A stretch of 64,000 bases of DNA from Candidatus Saccharimonadota bacterium (GCA_034521515.1 JAXHMH010000002.1:576444-640443); one strand, 5' to 3'. Numbered from the stretch's first letter, positions 32,936 through 43,088 are shown. The notes: generated by a model from the sequence alone, not told the origin. Numbers and translations: made by a program.

Positions 32936-33241
32936 GGGAGAGTAGCCCGAAGCGCGGATTTATTCCGCGCCCGGCGCGATGAGAGGGGATACTCCCCTCT
33001 CATAAGGCGAAGCCGCAAAAAGAGGAAGCCAGCTCCGCCGCATCAAAGCCGTCCTAAAATAAGCTAATTTCAGGTCTTCAAAACACCTGTGGCGTGTTAT
33101 AATTATTCCGATTATGCCTTGCAGTGAGCTTTCTGTGTCACTTAGTAATAAATTGATAGTAGCTAAAAAGGTCTTTGCGAGGTATATGATTAAAATCCAA
33201 CTTACATTACTGTGTAATCAACAGAAGGTCTACTACTAGGT

Positions 33242-34531
33242 ATGCTTGATAAAATGAAGAGCCTCAAGAGCTCTGTACTGGATAAGAGAAAAAAGAAGAA
33301 CGACGGACAGTATATTGTCGGTCTTGATATTGGTACCGAAAATGTCAAAGCACTTGTTGCCGAACTAAAGGGTGACGAGCTAGAAGTGCTAGGAGTGGGT
33401 CGGGCGCATCAAGAATTGTCTGATATGCAAGCTGGAGCTATTGCTGATATCGCCGCAGTTGTTGGTAATTGTGATGCGGCACTTAATCAGGCCGAGCAAC
33501 AGGCCGGGGTCAATGCACGGAGCGCGGTCATAGGTATTGCTGGTGAATTAGTTAAGGGCACGACTACAACCGTTAAGTGCACACGTAAAAATCCAACTCG
33601 GCCATTAGATATACCAGAAGTTGAACGAATTATATCGCTTGTTCAAGGTCGAGCCGAAGCGAAAGCCAAGCAACAACTTGCCTGGGAATTGGGCGGTAAA
33701 GAGGTCGAAATTAGGTTAGTAAATAGCGCGTTAGTCAGTATAGACATCGATGGGTATGCCGTTACAAATCCTGTGGGGTTCCAAGGAAAAGATGTGTTAG
33801 TTCAACTTTACACTGCTTTTGCGCCCATGATTCATATCGGGGCACTTGAACGAACCGCACAAGAGTTGGATCTGGATTTGTTGGCAGTTGCTGCTGAACC
33901 GTTTGGGGTTGCCAGATCAGTAATCGGTAACGATACAAATGCCAACATGAGTGCAATTCTGATGGATGTTGGTGGCGGTACAACTGATATTGCTGTTATT
34001 GATGAAGGTGGTGTGCAAGGCACCAAGATGTTTGGGATTGGTGGCCGGGCATATACTCGTGCCGTTGAACGTGATTTGGGGGTCAGTTTTGCGGAAGCCG
34101 AGGAGCTCAAGCTTGGGCTAAGTACCAATAAAACACCTCGCTCAAAAGCCCCAGCTGTTGAGGCAGCTCTAGATAAGACACTCGAGGTTTGGGCATCTGG
34201 TGTTGAGCTGGCGCTTGCTGAGTTTGATAAACTCGACCACCTACCAAATCAGATTCTATTGTGCGGTGGCGGTTCCAGTCTAGATCTACTTGTGCAGCGT
34301 CTGGAGCAACAAGATTGGCAAAAAGAATTACCATTTAGTAAAAAACCGGTTGTTAAACATATTGACCCTGATAAGGTTGTGGGTATGGTTGACAAAACTG
34401 GAGACGTGGCTGACCACACATTTATTACAGCTATGGGTCTACTTCGAGTCGGCGCTGACACGCTCTTGCAAGAAAACGATCAACCGGCTGGTTCCATTAG
34501 AGAACGTATAGATAGGATGCTAAGAGTATGA
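33242..34531 (+). CDS. ftsA: Cell division protein FtsA (actin-like ATPase)
   Basis: IVGLDIGTENVKALVAE, GAIADI and MDVGGGTTDIAV match the FtsA family pattern. Confidence 0.8.
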   Translation: MLDKMKSLKSSVLDKRKKKNDGQYIVGLDIGTENVKALVAELKGDELEVLGVGRAHQELSDMQAGAIADIAAVVGNCDAALNQAEQQAGVNARSAVIGIAGELVKGTTTTVKCTRKNPTRPLDIPEVERIISLVQGRAEAKAKQQLAWELGGKEVEIRLVNSALVSIDIDGYAVTNPVGFQGKDVLVQLYTAFAPMIHIGALERTAQELDLDLLAVAAEPFGVARSVIGNDTNANMSAILMDVGGGTTDIAVIDEGGVQGTKMFGIGGRAYTRAVERDLGVSFAEAEELKLGLSTNKTPRSKAPAVEAALDKTLEVWASGVELALAEFDKLDHLPNQILLCGGGSSLDLLVQRLEQQDWQKELPFSKKPVVKHIDPDKVVGMVDKTGDVADHTFITAMGLLRVGADTLLQENDQPAGSIRERIDRMLRV

Positions 34532-34640
34532 TACGAACAAAGCTCAAAGTTCAAAGCTCAAAGTTCAAAGCAGCCAACCGCTGCGCTGGCTTGAATTTTG
34601 AATTTTGCTATTTGAGCTTTCAGGCTGGAGGGGTGTTGCT

Positions 34641-36365
34641 ATGAGTTCTGCCCAAAAAGACATTGTCTACATAGATATAGACGACGAAATTACTAGTATC
34701 ATTGAAAAAGTGCAGTCGTCTTCACATAAGATTGTTGCTCTAGTGTTACCAAAGCGTGCGGCTATGCTTCAGTCTATTGTTAACATGAAATTATTAAAGC
34801 GTGCCGGTGATACTGCCAAGAAAAAAATCGTTTTAATTACCTCGGAGGCAGGCTTGCTACCGTTGGCTGGAGCGGTTGGGCTGCATGCCGCTAAGACACT
34901 TCAGAGTCGTCCGGAAATACCGGTGGCTCCTTCGGTCAGTTCGGCGACAATTGACGCTGAAATTTCCGAAGAAGTATCAGCTGGAGATTTACCGGTTGAT
35001 TCAACAAAGACGGTTGGTGAACTAGCCGGCGATGATGAGCCTATTGAAGTTGACACCCCAGAAGATACAGGGACTGACTCCAAGGAATCAACTACAAAGA
35101 GCAAGAAAAAGTCGGGTAAAAAACTGAAGATACCAAACTTTAATAAGTTTCGAACGCGACTGATTATCGGACTGGTGCTTATTATCTTGCTGGTTGCTGG
35201 CTGGTATGTGGCAGCGTTTGTTTTGCCGCGAGCTACTATCACCATTGAAACCCGAACCACGACTGTCAGTAGCGACGTTGATTTTGTGGTGCGCCCAGGA
35301 CTTGAAGACATTGATGAAGAATTATCAATCGTACCCGGGGTGAGCGAAGAATTGCGCCAAACCGATACCGAAAAAACCGATGCAACCGGTGAAAAAAACA
35401 TTGGCGATAAAGCTACCGGTACAGTCGTTATATATAATTGTAGCTTGTTGGATCTTATTGCTACCAGGACGCGCACGGTTCCAGCTGGTACGGGCGTGAG
35501 TTCTGGCGATTTAACATTCATCCTGACAGAAGATGTCGAGGTGGAGCCCAGCAACCACAGTAGTTTGAGTGGTGATGACTGCAATAAAAATCGTCCAAGC
35601 GATGAAGTAGATGTCGTTGCTCAAAATCCAGGAACCGACTACAACGTCGATGAACGTGAGTACTCAGTCTCAGATTATCCGGCAATGGTTGCAGAGGGGT
35701 CAGAAATGACCGGTGGTACAGATAAAATAGTGAGTGTGGTTAGGCAAAAGGATGTTAACGATGCTCGCGATCGGCTTATAGAGCGCAACAAAGAGGTTGC
35801 TACGCAAGAGCTTAAAGATGAGCTGAGTGCAGCCGGTTACATACCGTTGGAGGGTACCTTCCAATCAGGAGATCCAGACGTTGGTAGCAGCCCAAATGTA
35901 GGAGCTGAGGCAGACCAAGCAACTATTACTGCGACAATCGTATACACCATGCTAGGAGTTAATCGCGAGGGACTACACACTCTAATTGCAAACGATGTTG
36001 CCGAAGATATTGATACCGAGCGTCAGACTATTTTGGATGACGGCCTTGATGATGCAACCTTTCGGGTCACAGCAACCGAGCCGAGCGGTGACGCTCGTGT
36101 GAATGTACGTACGTTCGTGACTGCCGGACCAGAGCTCGATGAAGCATCAATCAAAGCGGAGATAAAAGGTACATCACGATCCGATACAGAGCGCATAATC
36201 AAGGATCGTCCAGGCATCCGAGACACAATCATTGATTACAATCCGTTCTGGGTATTTTCGACACCTCGCAACGAAGACAAGATTGATCTGATAATACAAA
36301 GTGTTGATGAGCCGGTAGATGAAGAAGAGATAGAAGAGGAAGATGCAGCAACCGACGAGCCGTGA
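34641..36365 (+). CDS. Bitopic membrane protein (575 aa): cytoplasmic N-domain, one TM, large external domain, acidic tail
   Basis: The SD GGAGGGG lies before ATG 34641 (the ORF-track start 34605 is a TTG inside a hairpin). The TM is LIIGLVLIILLVAGWYVAAFVL. No recognisable motif. Confidence 0.7.
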   Translation: MSSAQKDIVYIDIDDEITSIIEKVQSSSHKIVALVLPKRAAMLQSIVNMKLLKRAGDTAKKKIVLITSEAGLLPLAGAVGLHAAKTLQSRPEIPVAPSVSSATIDAEISEEVSAGDLPVDSTKTVGELAGDDEPIEVDTPEDTGTDSKESTTKSKKKSGKKLKIPNFNKFRTRLIIGLVLIILLVAGWYVAAFVLPRATITIETRTTTVSSDVDFVVRPGLEDIDEELSIVPGVSEELRQTDTEKTDATGEKNIGDKATGTVVIYNCSLLDLIATRTRTVPAGTGVSSGDLTFILTEDVEVEPSNHSSLSGDDCNKNRPSDEVDVVAQNPGTDYNVDEREYSVSDYPAMVAEGSEMTGGTDKIVSVVRQKDVNDARDRLIERNKEVATQELKDELSAAGYIPLEGTFQSGDPDVGSSPNVGAEADQATITATIVYTMLGVNREGLHTLIANDVAEDIDTERQTILDDGLDDATFRVTATEPSGDARVNVRTFVTAGPELDEASIKAEIKGTSRSDTERIIKDRPGIRDTIIDYNPFWVFSTPRNEDKIDLIIQSVDEPVDEEEIEEEDAATDEP

Positions 36366-36777
36366 TACGATATTGGCGCTTGATGTTGGATCGGTACGTA
36401 TAGGCGTTGCACGAGCTAACATTGTTGCCCGGCTCCCTGAGCCGCTAACGACATTGATAATGTCGGACAAGATACATGCAGCCATAGCAGAGCTTATTGA
36501 CGAGCATAAAGCAGGCTTGCTGGTTGTTGGCCTGCCGAGAAGCTTAGCGAGCACCGAGACACAACAGACTAAATCTGTCAGGCAATTTGCAGAGGATTTA
36601 AAAAACCATATCCATATACCTATTTTTTTTCAGGAAGAAGCACTCACTTCCCAAAAAGCTCAAGAACACTTGCAGTCAAAAAAGTACAGAGGCAAACCGC
36701 CGACCATCGATGAACTCGCAGCAACCTATATACTTGAAGATTATTTAGCAGAACATATGACAAAGGAAAATAGCTAA
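36343..36777 (+). CDS. ruvX: Holliday junction resolvase-like RuvX/YqgF
   Basis: ILALDVGSVRIGVA and GLPRSL blocks. Confidence 0.88.
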   Translation: MQQPTSRDTILALDVGSVRIGVARANIVARLPEPLTTLIMSDKIHAAIAELIDEHKAGLLVVGLPRSLASTETQQTKSVRQFAEDLKNHIHIPIFFQEEALTSQKAQEHLQSKKYRGKPPTIDELAATYILEDYLAEHMTKENS

Positions 36778-36779
36778 TA

Positions 36780-37856
36780 ATGAATAATTACACATCAAAT
36801 GGTTCTCAACGTAACTGGCCAAAAGTGGTGCTGATTGTTTTAGTTGTTTTTATATTTATCGTGGTGGGCGCTGGCGCGTGGGCGCACAATACCTACATGG
36901 AAAACTTAAAGCCGGTTAGTAATTCAGAAACCAGCCAGTCAATAACCATAGAACTGGGTGCAACTCCAACTGAAATCGCCAATTTACTACAGAACGAAGG
37001 GCTTATAAAAAGTACTTGGGCATTTGAGTGGTACGTGCGCAATACTGGATTACGCGACAAGATACAAGCCGGAACATATTCGCTTAAACCAAGTCTGAGC
37101 ACGCAAGAGATTGTCGATACGCTAACACACGGCCGCGTCGAAACCGATCTTGTGACAATACTGCCCGGAAAGCGCCTTGATGAAGTTAAGGATGCACTTA
37201 TTAACCATGGTTTTGAGCCTCAGGCAGTCGAACGAGCTCTGGAGGCAGATAATTATGCGAACCATCCTGCTTTAGCGGACAAGCCAGATAGTGCCAGCCT
37301 GGAAGGCTACTTATATCCTGAATCGTTTCACAAGACTGCTGAGACCACTCCAGAACAAATCATCGAAGCTTCTTTGGATGAAATGCATAAGCGTTTAACG
37401 GATGAGATTCGCAGCGGTATTACTAATCAAGGCCTCTCGGTGCACCAGGGCATCATTTTAGCATCTATCATAGAGCAGGAGGTTAGCGATCACAATCCAG
37501 AAGATCGGCCAAAAGTCGCCCAGGTTTTCTTGCGTCGGCTGGATGAAGGTATGGCACTTGAATCTAACGCGACGACGGACTACGGCGCAATACTTGACAA
37601 TAAACCGCCAACTTCAAGTTATAGCTCTTTGTATAATACCTATCAAAATCCTGGACTACCACCAGGGCCAATAAGCAATGTAACTCTGTCTTCACTCGAG
37701 GCGGTTGTTCGCCCTGCCGATACAAATTATCTTTTCTTTGTGAGTGGAGATGACTGCCTAGAAGCAGGTGGTACCTGTACCAATTACTTCTCTCATACTA
37801 ATGAGGAGCATCAACGTAATGTGCAACTCTATTGCCGTGAAAGATGTCAGCAATAA
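36780..37856 (+). CDS. mltG: Endolytic murein transglycosylase MltG (YceG-like)
   Basis: N-terminal TM, LEGYLYPESF, ASIIEQE and LYNTYQNPGLPPGPISN. Confidence 0.9.
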   Translation: MNNYTSNGSQRNWPKVVLIVLVVFIFIVVGAGAWAHNTYMENLKPVSNSETSQSITIELGATPTEIANLLQNEGLIKSTWAFEWYVRNTGLRDKIQAGTYSLKPSLSTQEIVDTLTHGRVETDLVTILPGKRLDEVKDALINHGFEPQAVERALEADNYANHPALADKPDSASLEGYLYPESFHKTAETTPEQIIEASLDEMHKRLTDEIRSGITNQGLSVHQGIILASIIEQEVSDHNPEDRPKVAQVFLRRLDEGMALESNATTDYGAILDNKPPTSSYSSLYNTYQNPGLPPGPISNVTLSSLEAVVRPADTNYLFFVSGDDCLEAGGTCTNYFSHTNEEHQRNVQLYCRERCQQ

Positions 37857-38161
37857 GTAATATAACAGGGGTGAAAAGACGCGATATAACTTGAACTAGG
37901 GTTAGTATTATGCTATTATCGCCCGGTAACAGCGTTAAGCTTAACCGTCACGGTGAAACACTTAGCTCTGTTGCTATTAAACTGCGAACTACCTATAAGG
38001 CAAAACAGGTCGACTCTTTTGCCTATAATTGTAAATAAGAACCAGTTTAGAAAGACGGTTTGGCGTAATGACAAACCGGGAGAACTATCATTCGTACAAG
38101 TATTTCAGCACTAAGCCAACGGCTCAGTTCTAGAAAATCAATTAGCTCAACACTGAGACGG

Positions 38162-39211
38162 TTGATCAAAAAACGTATCGGACGGTCGCGTAAGCGTATC
38201 GCTCGGTATAGTTTAGTTGGTGCAAATATAGTGTTGCTTATAGCCGTAATTGGTTTTATAACCTACGAGCCTGCATCAAGTTCGCTAGCAGGGCAGACTG
38301 TCGTTCGAGTATCAGAGGAAGCCACGGAGCGAGCTAATCCGCTCGACCAGTTATCATCAGCCGATATTGCGGTAAACGTGGCTATGATGGCTGATCTTGA
38401 AGAATCGGTTGCGGTGGTTAACCAGGCAGACAGCGTTAGTGCCAATATGGCGGTTACGTCGTCTGACGAATCTATTGCTACAAAACCGCAACTTGTTACT
38501 ACTGATCTTAAATCAAAAAGCGATATAGTTGTTCATACCGTTAAGCGCGACGAGACAGTTTCAAGTGTTGCTCGGAAATATGGTGTCACATCAGATTCTA
38601 TACGTTGGTCAAACGGTATAGTGGGAGACGCCCTACAGGTCAACCAAGATCTTTACGTGCCTCCAGTCAATGGTATTGTCTATGAAGTGCGTTCCGGTGA
38701 CACGGTAGACAGTATCGCGGAGCGGTACAACGCGAACAAAGCTCAACTAATTGCCGATAACGATGCCGAACTAAAAGGGCTGAAAGTCGGTGAGAATATA
38801 TTGATTCGCGGTGGGCGAAAACCAGCTCCGACGCCGACATACAGTAACTACACTTTTTATCGTGCTTCTTATGGCGGAAATGGCTACATCTACGGTTGGT
38901 GCACGTGGCATGCGGCCAATCGGCGTATGCAAACAGGTAACCCGTTGCCAACCAATCTTGGTAATGCGGCAACGTGGTTTGTGCTTGCTCAACGAGCCGG
39001 TTTACCGGTTGGGGATACACCTCGAGCCGGGGCGGTCATTTGGCACAGAAATACCGCGATTGCCGGTGGGCTTGGACACGTTGGCTATGTAGAAAAAGTG
39101 AACCCCGATGGTTCAATTCTTGTATCTGATATGAATTTCCCGATTTGGGGTGGAGTTACTTATCGTACGATTTCACCTGCCGATTTTGGTAGTTACGGGT
39201 TCGTTTACTAG
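38162..39211 (+). CDS. Peptidoglycan hydrolase: TM plus 2x LysM plus C-terminal CHAP domain
   Basis: The LysM repeats are HTVKRDETVSSVARKYGV and YEVRSGDTVDSIAERYN. The CHAP Cys/His blocks are GWCTWHAANRR and GHVGYVEKV. TTG start. Confidence 0.85.
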   Translation: MIKKRIGRSRKRIARYSLVGANIVLLIAVIGFITYEPASSSLAGQTVVRVSEEATERANPLDQLSSADIAVNVAMMADLEESVAVVNQADSVSANMAVTSSDESIATKPQLVTTDLKSKSDIVVHTVKRDETVSSVARKYGVTSDSIRWSNGIVGDALQVNQDLYVPPVNGIVYEVRSGDTVDSIAERYNANKAQLIADNDAELKGLKVGENILIRGGRKPAPTPTYSNYTFYRASYGGNGYIYGWCTWHAANRRMQTGNPLPTNLGNAATWFVLAQRAGLPVGDTPRAGAVIWHRNTAIAGGLGHVGYVEKVNPDGSILVSDMNFPIWGGVTYRTISPADFGSYGFVY

Positions 39212-39309
39212 AAACCTGTAACGAACAAACAGCAATAGGCTGGTCATGGTCAGTATTATGGTTTTGTATTCTTTGCTAGTTTCTGGTTTCTATTTCCTAT
39301 ATCCTAGTA

Positions 39310-40599
39310 ATGATGTTTGTTGATAAGGCACAGGTTACTTTCAAGGCTGGAGATGGCGGTAGTGGCGTCGTCAGTTTTCGCCACGAAAAATTTGTCGATA
39401 AAGGCGGTCCAGATGGTGGCGACGGCGGCGACGGCGGCGACGTTGTGCTCCAGGCAAGTAATAACGAGAACACGTTGGCCGAATTTCGTTACCAGCGCTT
39501 ATTAAAAGCTACTCCCGGTCAATCAGGCGGAAAGCGAAAAAAACATGGTAAAAGTGGCCAGGATTTAGTCGTACCAGTGCCAGTTGGCACAGTCGTTACT
39601 AACCAAGATGGAGTAGTCCTTGCTGATTTAGTACAAGACGGTCAACAAGAACTCATAGCTGCGGGCGGCAAAGGTGGTTTCGGTAATGCCCACTTTACGT
39701 CCAGTAAGCGACAGACTCCCCGTGTAGCCGAAAAAGGCGAACCGGGTGAAGAACTTCAGGTTTCTCTTGAATTAAAAATGATTGCCGATGTTGGTTTAGT
39801 AGGCCTGCCTAATGCCGGAAAGTCCACCTTATTAGCTAGTATTAGTAACGCTCATCCCGATATAGCCAATTATCCATTCACAACCTTACGACCAAATCTC
39901 GGAGTGGTTGATATTGATAAAAAATCTAGCTTGTTGTTTGCAGATATTCCTGGACTAATAGAAGGCGCCAGCGAGGGTAAAGGTCTTGGCGACGAGTTTT
40001 TACGCCATGTTGAGCGGACTCTAGTCTTGGTACATATGATTGACATTTATCAGGAAGATCTAATTACAACTTATAAAACGGTACGTTCTGAACTTGAGGC
40101 TTATAAGCTAGATATTGCCAGTAAGCCACAGATTGTAGTGCTTAATAAAATCGACGGTTTAGACGATGACATGATTACCGATCGAAGTGATGAACTACGG
40201 GTGGCTCTACCAAAAAACACCCAGATTTTTGCAATATCCGCGCAAAGTAAAAAAGGAGTCAATGATCTGCTCTATGCCGTACAAAAGGTCGTCATTGCCC
40301 AGCGTAAAAAGATTGCCGCTCAACATGAACAAGAAGAACCGGAAGCGGGCGTGCCGGTATTGAGGTTGGCCGATACAGCCGAGAGCTGGTTAGTGCAGCC
40401 AACTGAGGAGGGCGGATTCATGGTAACCGGACGTAAAATCGAACGATTTGCTGCTAAAACCGATTTTGGTAACTATCACGCGGTTCAACGCCTACGCGAT
40501 ATTATGAAAAAGATGGGTATAGCTCACGAATTAGAGCGCCAAGGTGCTCAACCAGAAGACAATATTTGGTTTGGCAAATACGGTAAAATAAAGCTGTAA
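39310..40599 (+). CDS. obg: GTPase Obg/CgtA
   Basis: The Gly-rich Obg fold (GGDGGDGGD), GLPNAGKST, DIPGLIEGA and NKID. Confidence 0.95.
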   Translation: MMFVDKAQVTFKAGDGGSGVVSFRHEKFVDKGGPDGGDGGDGGDVVLQASNNENTLAEFRYQRLLKATPGQSGGKRKKHGKSGQDLVVPVPVGTVVTNQDGVVLADLVQDGQQELIAAGGKGGFGNAHFTSSKRQTPRVAEKGEPGEELQVSLELKMIADVGLVGLPNAGKSTLLASISNAHPDIANYPFTTLRPNLGVVDIDKKSSLLFADIPGLIEGASEGKGLGDEFLRHVERTLVLVHMIDIYQEDLITTYKTVRSELEAYKLDIASKPQIVVLNKIDGLDDDMITDRSDELRVALPKNTQIFAISAQSKKGVNDLLYAVQKVVIAQRKKIAAQHEQEEPEAGVPVLRLADTAESWLVQPTEEGGFMVTGRKIERFAAKTDFGNYHAVQRLRDIMKKMGIAHELERQGAQPEDNIWFGKYGKIKL

Positions 40600-40636
40600 G
40601 TATGCAGTCACTGAAAAGTGCTAGACTAGTAGCTGT

Positions 40637-42088
40637 ATGGCTGCTAGTTTTTTCTTTTACGACCTTGAAACATCGGGAACCAATCCAAGGCATGATCGTG
40701 TTATGCAGTTTGCCGGGATCCGCACCGACATGCAATTAAAACCCATAGGTGAACCTCATGATTATCTAATCAAATTAACCGAAGACACTGTTCCTGACCC
40801 GCGTGCGATTATGGTCACCGGTATTACGCCACAAAAAACAATCGCTGAGGGTATGTCTGAGCCAGAGTTTTTAAAAATTTTTCATGAACAAATAGCTATA
40901 CCAAACACAACGTTTGTCGGGTTTAATACGGTTCGTTTTGACGACGAATTTATGCGATATATGCAATATCGGAACTTCTACGATCCTTACGAATGGCAGT
41001 GGTCTGACGGTAAGAGCCGCTGGGATTTGCTTGATCTTGTGCGAATGACGAGAGCGTTACGTCCAGATGGTATAAAATGGCCAATGGATAGTGATGGCAA
41101 GCCAAGCAACCGGCTAGAACTACTTAGCTCGGCCAATAAGCTTGAGCATGCAAATGCGCATGACGCGCTAAGTGATGTGCGGGCTACCATTGCACTGGCT
41201 CGATTAATACGCAATAAACAGCCCAAATTGTTTGATTTTTTGCTGCAGATGCGCAATAAGCAAAAAGTTGCCGAGCTTGTAGAAGGCGGCTCCCCGTTTA
41301 TATATACTTCCGGTAGATATGATAATGCATGGGAGAAAACCACAGCTGTTGGTATGGTGGCCAAACATCCAAAACAGCAGGCTGCACTGGTGTTTGATTT
41401 GCGTCATGACCCAGATGAGTACAAAGCACTCAAACCGGCTGAACTGGCAGATAAGTGGCGATATAAATCCGCCGACCAGGACACGGGTGAAATACCTGAG
41501 CGGCTTCCCGTAAAAATGCTGAAATATAATCGCTGTCCGGCAATAGCGCCACTCGCCGTCCTGGATCAAGCGAGTCAAAAGCGGCTGGGTCTTTCTCTAA
41601 CAGCTATCCAAAAAAATTATCAAAAACTTCAAAAAGCTAATCTTGGCCAGAACATTATTGCTGCCTTAGAAATATTAGAAAAGGAACAACAAGCTACTCT
41701 TTTGCAAGACGAGCAACTAGTCGATGCTCAGCTATATGATGGGTTTATTCCTGACGAAGATAAGCCGAAAATGAGCGTCGTGAGAGCCTCCGATGCCGAG
41801 GAACTAGAGAGCCTAGACATTGTTTTTAACGATCAGCGTCTACGAGCTCTATTGCCGCTTTACAAGGCTCGACATTTCCCGCAAACCCTAAGTGACGAAG
41901 AGCGCGTACAGTGGGAACGATTCAAGACGCAAAAACTGCTTGGCGGTAAAGAAGCTAGTCGACTGGCGCGTTACTTCGAGCGCTTATCAGAACTAGCCAA
42001 AGCACCGCACCTTACACCTGAAAAACAATACATTCTCGAAGAGCTCCAGCTATACGGCCAATCTATTATGCCGTCTGAGTCTTCTTAG
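40637..42088 (+). CDS. sbcB: Exodeoxyribonuclease I
   Basis: FFFYDLETSGTNPRHDRVMQFAGIRTD, GFNTVRFDDEF and HDALSDV are DEDDh exonuclease motifs with an ExoI-like C-terminal region. Confidence 0.9.
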   Translation: MAASFFFYDLETSGTNPRHDRVMQFAGIRTDMQLKPIGEPHDYLIKLTEDTVPDPRAIMVTGITPQKTIAEGMSEPEFLKIFHEQIAIPNTTFVGFNTVRFDDEFMRYMQYRNFYDPYEWQWSDGKSRWDLLDLVRMTRALRPDGIKWPMDSDGKPSNRLELLSSANKLEHANAHDALSDVRATIALARLIRNKQPKLFDFLLQMRNKQKVAELVEGGSPFIYTSGRYDNAWEKTTAVGMVAKHPKQQAALVFDLRHDPDEYKALKPAELADKWRYKSADQDTGEIPERLPVKMLKYNRCPAIAPLAVLDQASQKRLGLSLTAIQKNYQKLQKANLGQNIIAALEILEKEQQATLLQDEQLVDAQLYDGFIPDEDKPKMSVVRASDAEELESLDIVFNDQRLRALLPLYKARHFPQTLSDEERVQWERFKTQKLLGGKEASRLARYFERLSELAKAPHLTPEKQYILEELQLYGQSIMPSESS

Positions 42089-42269
42089 CACCCTTATTTC
42101 TATTGGTTGATTTTTTAGTGTCTTGTTTTGAATGAGATTTACTCGTGTCGATTTTTACAAGCGTAATAACCAGCAAAAACAACATAATTGCTGTTATTTG
42201 CAAAAAGGTAATATAAAACTGAGTGCCAGGGACTTGCCCCAAAACAATAAATTCCAACATAAAAACCAC
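42066..42269 (-). CDS. Small membrane protein (67 aa) with a basic tail, hypothetical
   Basis: It has two hydrophobic segments and a K-rich C-terminus. Its 3' end overlaps sbcB convergently by 23 nt. Confidence 0.35.
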   Translation of the reverse strand: MVFMLEFIVLGQVPGTQFYITFLQITAIMLFLLVITLVKIDTSKSHSKQDTKKSTNRNKGAKKTQTA

Positions 42270-42437
42270 CAGTTAATTGATTATAAATATACAGAAAATC
42301 GCACAAAAGTCAATAATATATCACAATATTTTAGTGAACCCTAGATAATCTTGTTAATAATAGGAAAGTTTTGAAAATTATTGTATCTTGTTACGTATAG
42401 TGTGGGCTGTAATAATATAAAAAACCGGGAGACAATA

Positions 42438-43088
42438 ATGGCTAGTGTCGAACGTCAGGGCATAGGGGCAATCTTAACAATTAACGGTAATACACGTGCC
42501 ATGAAAGGTTTTTTGGACGACATACCTCGTCAGTTTGGAGACGTTGTTGCATATAATCAAGTCCATGTGACCATGCTTGACTACCAGGAGACTGCTATTG
42601 ATGTTGTGACAGAGCGCGATCTCATAGCACTTGATAATGCAAACAAACACACAGTAGATTATCTAGGGAGCCTACCCTTAAGCCAGATGGTGCTCAGGCC
42701 TTCAAGAGAAGTGCGGGGTTTGGCAGAGTTTGGACGATTCTTAGGAGTTACAGTTGAGAAAACTCCAGAAGTTGAACATATCAGATCGAAACTACTGGAT
42801 ATTGTAATGGATACGATGCGCGTCGATGTACTAAGTAGTGATGAGAATGACAGTGATTTTGTGCCCCATATGTCGACGGTAATGAGGCCAAAAAGCAAAA
42901 ACAAGCAAGTTAAACCAAAGTCGTTTATGCCATCAGTGTCCGGGAACTTACACGTAGATGGGTTTGATACTGGAAGAAGGCTATTCCAGAACGACAAAGG
43001 TTTCAAAGCAAGGTCTAAACAGAAATATTCAAACCAACCAACTAGAGTGCGTAACCGTGGAGGCAAAGGTTTGCGTGCTGTTAGTTGA
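42438..43088 (+). CDS. Putative 2H phosphoesterase (LigT-like) with a basic C-terminal tail
   Basis: Two H-x-(T/S)-x motifs (VHVTML and PHMSTV) lie ~105 aa apart. The SD-like GGGAGA precedes ATG 42438. Confidence 0.4.
   Translation: MASVERQGIGAILTINGNTRAMKGFLDDIPRQFGDVVAYNQVHVTMLDYQETAIDVVTERDLIALDNANKHTVDYLGSLPLSQMVLRPSREVRGLAEFGRFLGVTVEKTPEVEHIRSKLLDIVMDTMRVDVLSSDENDSDFVPHMSTVMRPKSKNKQVKPKSFMPSVSGNLHVDGFDTGRRLFQNDKGFKARSKQKYSNQPTRVRNRGGKGLRAVS

Noticed and set aside
37857-38161. Possible c-di-AMP (ydaO) or other riboswitch upstream of the LysM/CHAP hydrolase
   Set aside because: A promoter-like TTGAAC-17-TATTAT and two hairpins are present. I could not find the conserved ydaO core sequences (GGGGACCCA / ..GAAUCC.. 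blocks) or any other riboswitch signature, so it is left as an unexplained long leader only.
42132-42344. Plus-strand 70-aa ORF in the sbcB downstream region
   Set aside because: It has K/N/Q-rich low-complexity translation in AT-rich DNA and overlaps the more plausible minus-strand membrane ORF. It has no start context.
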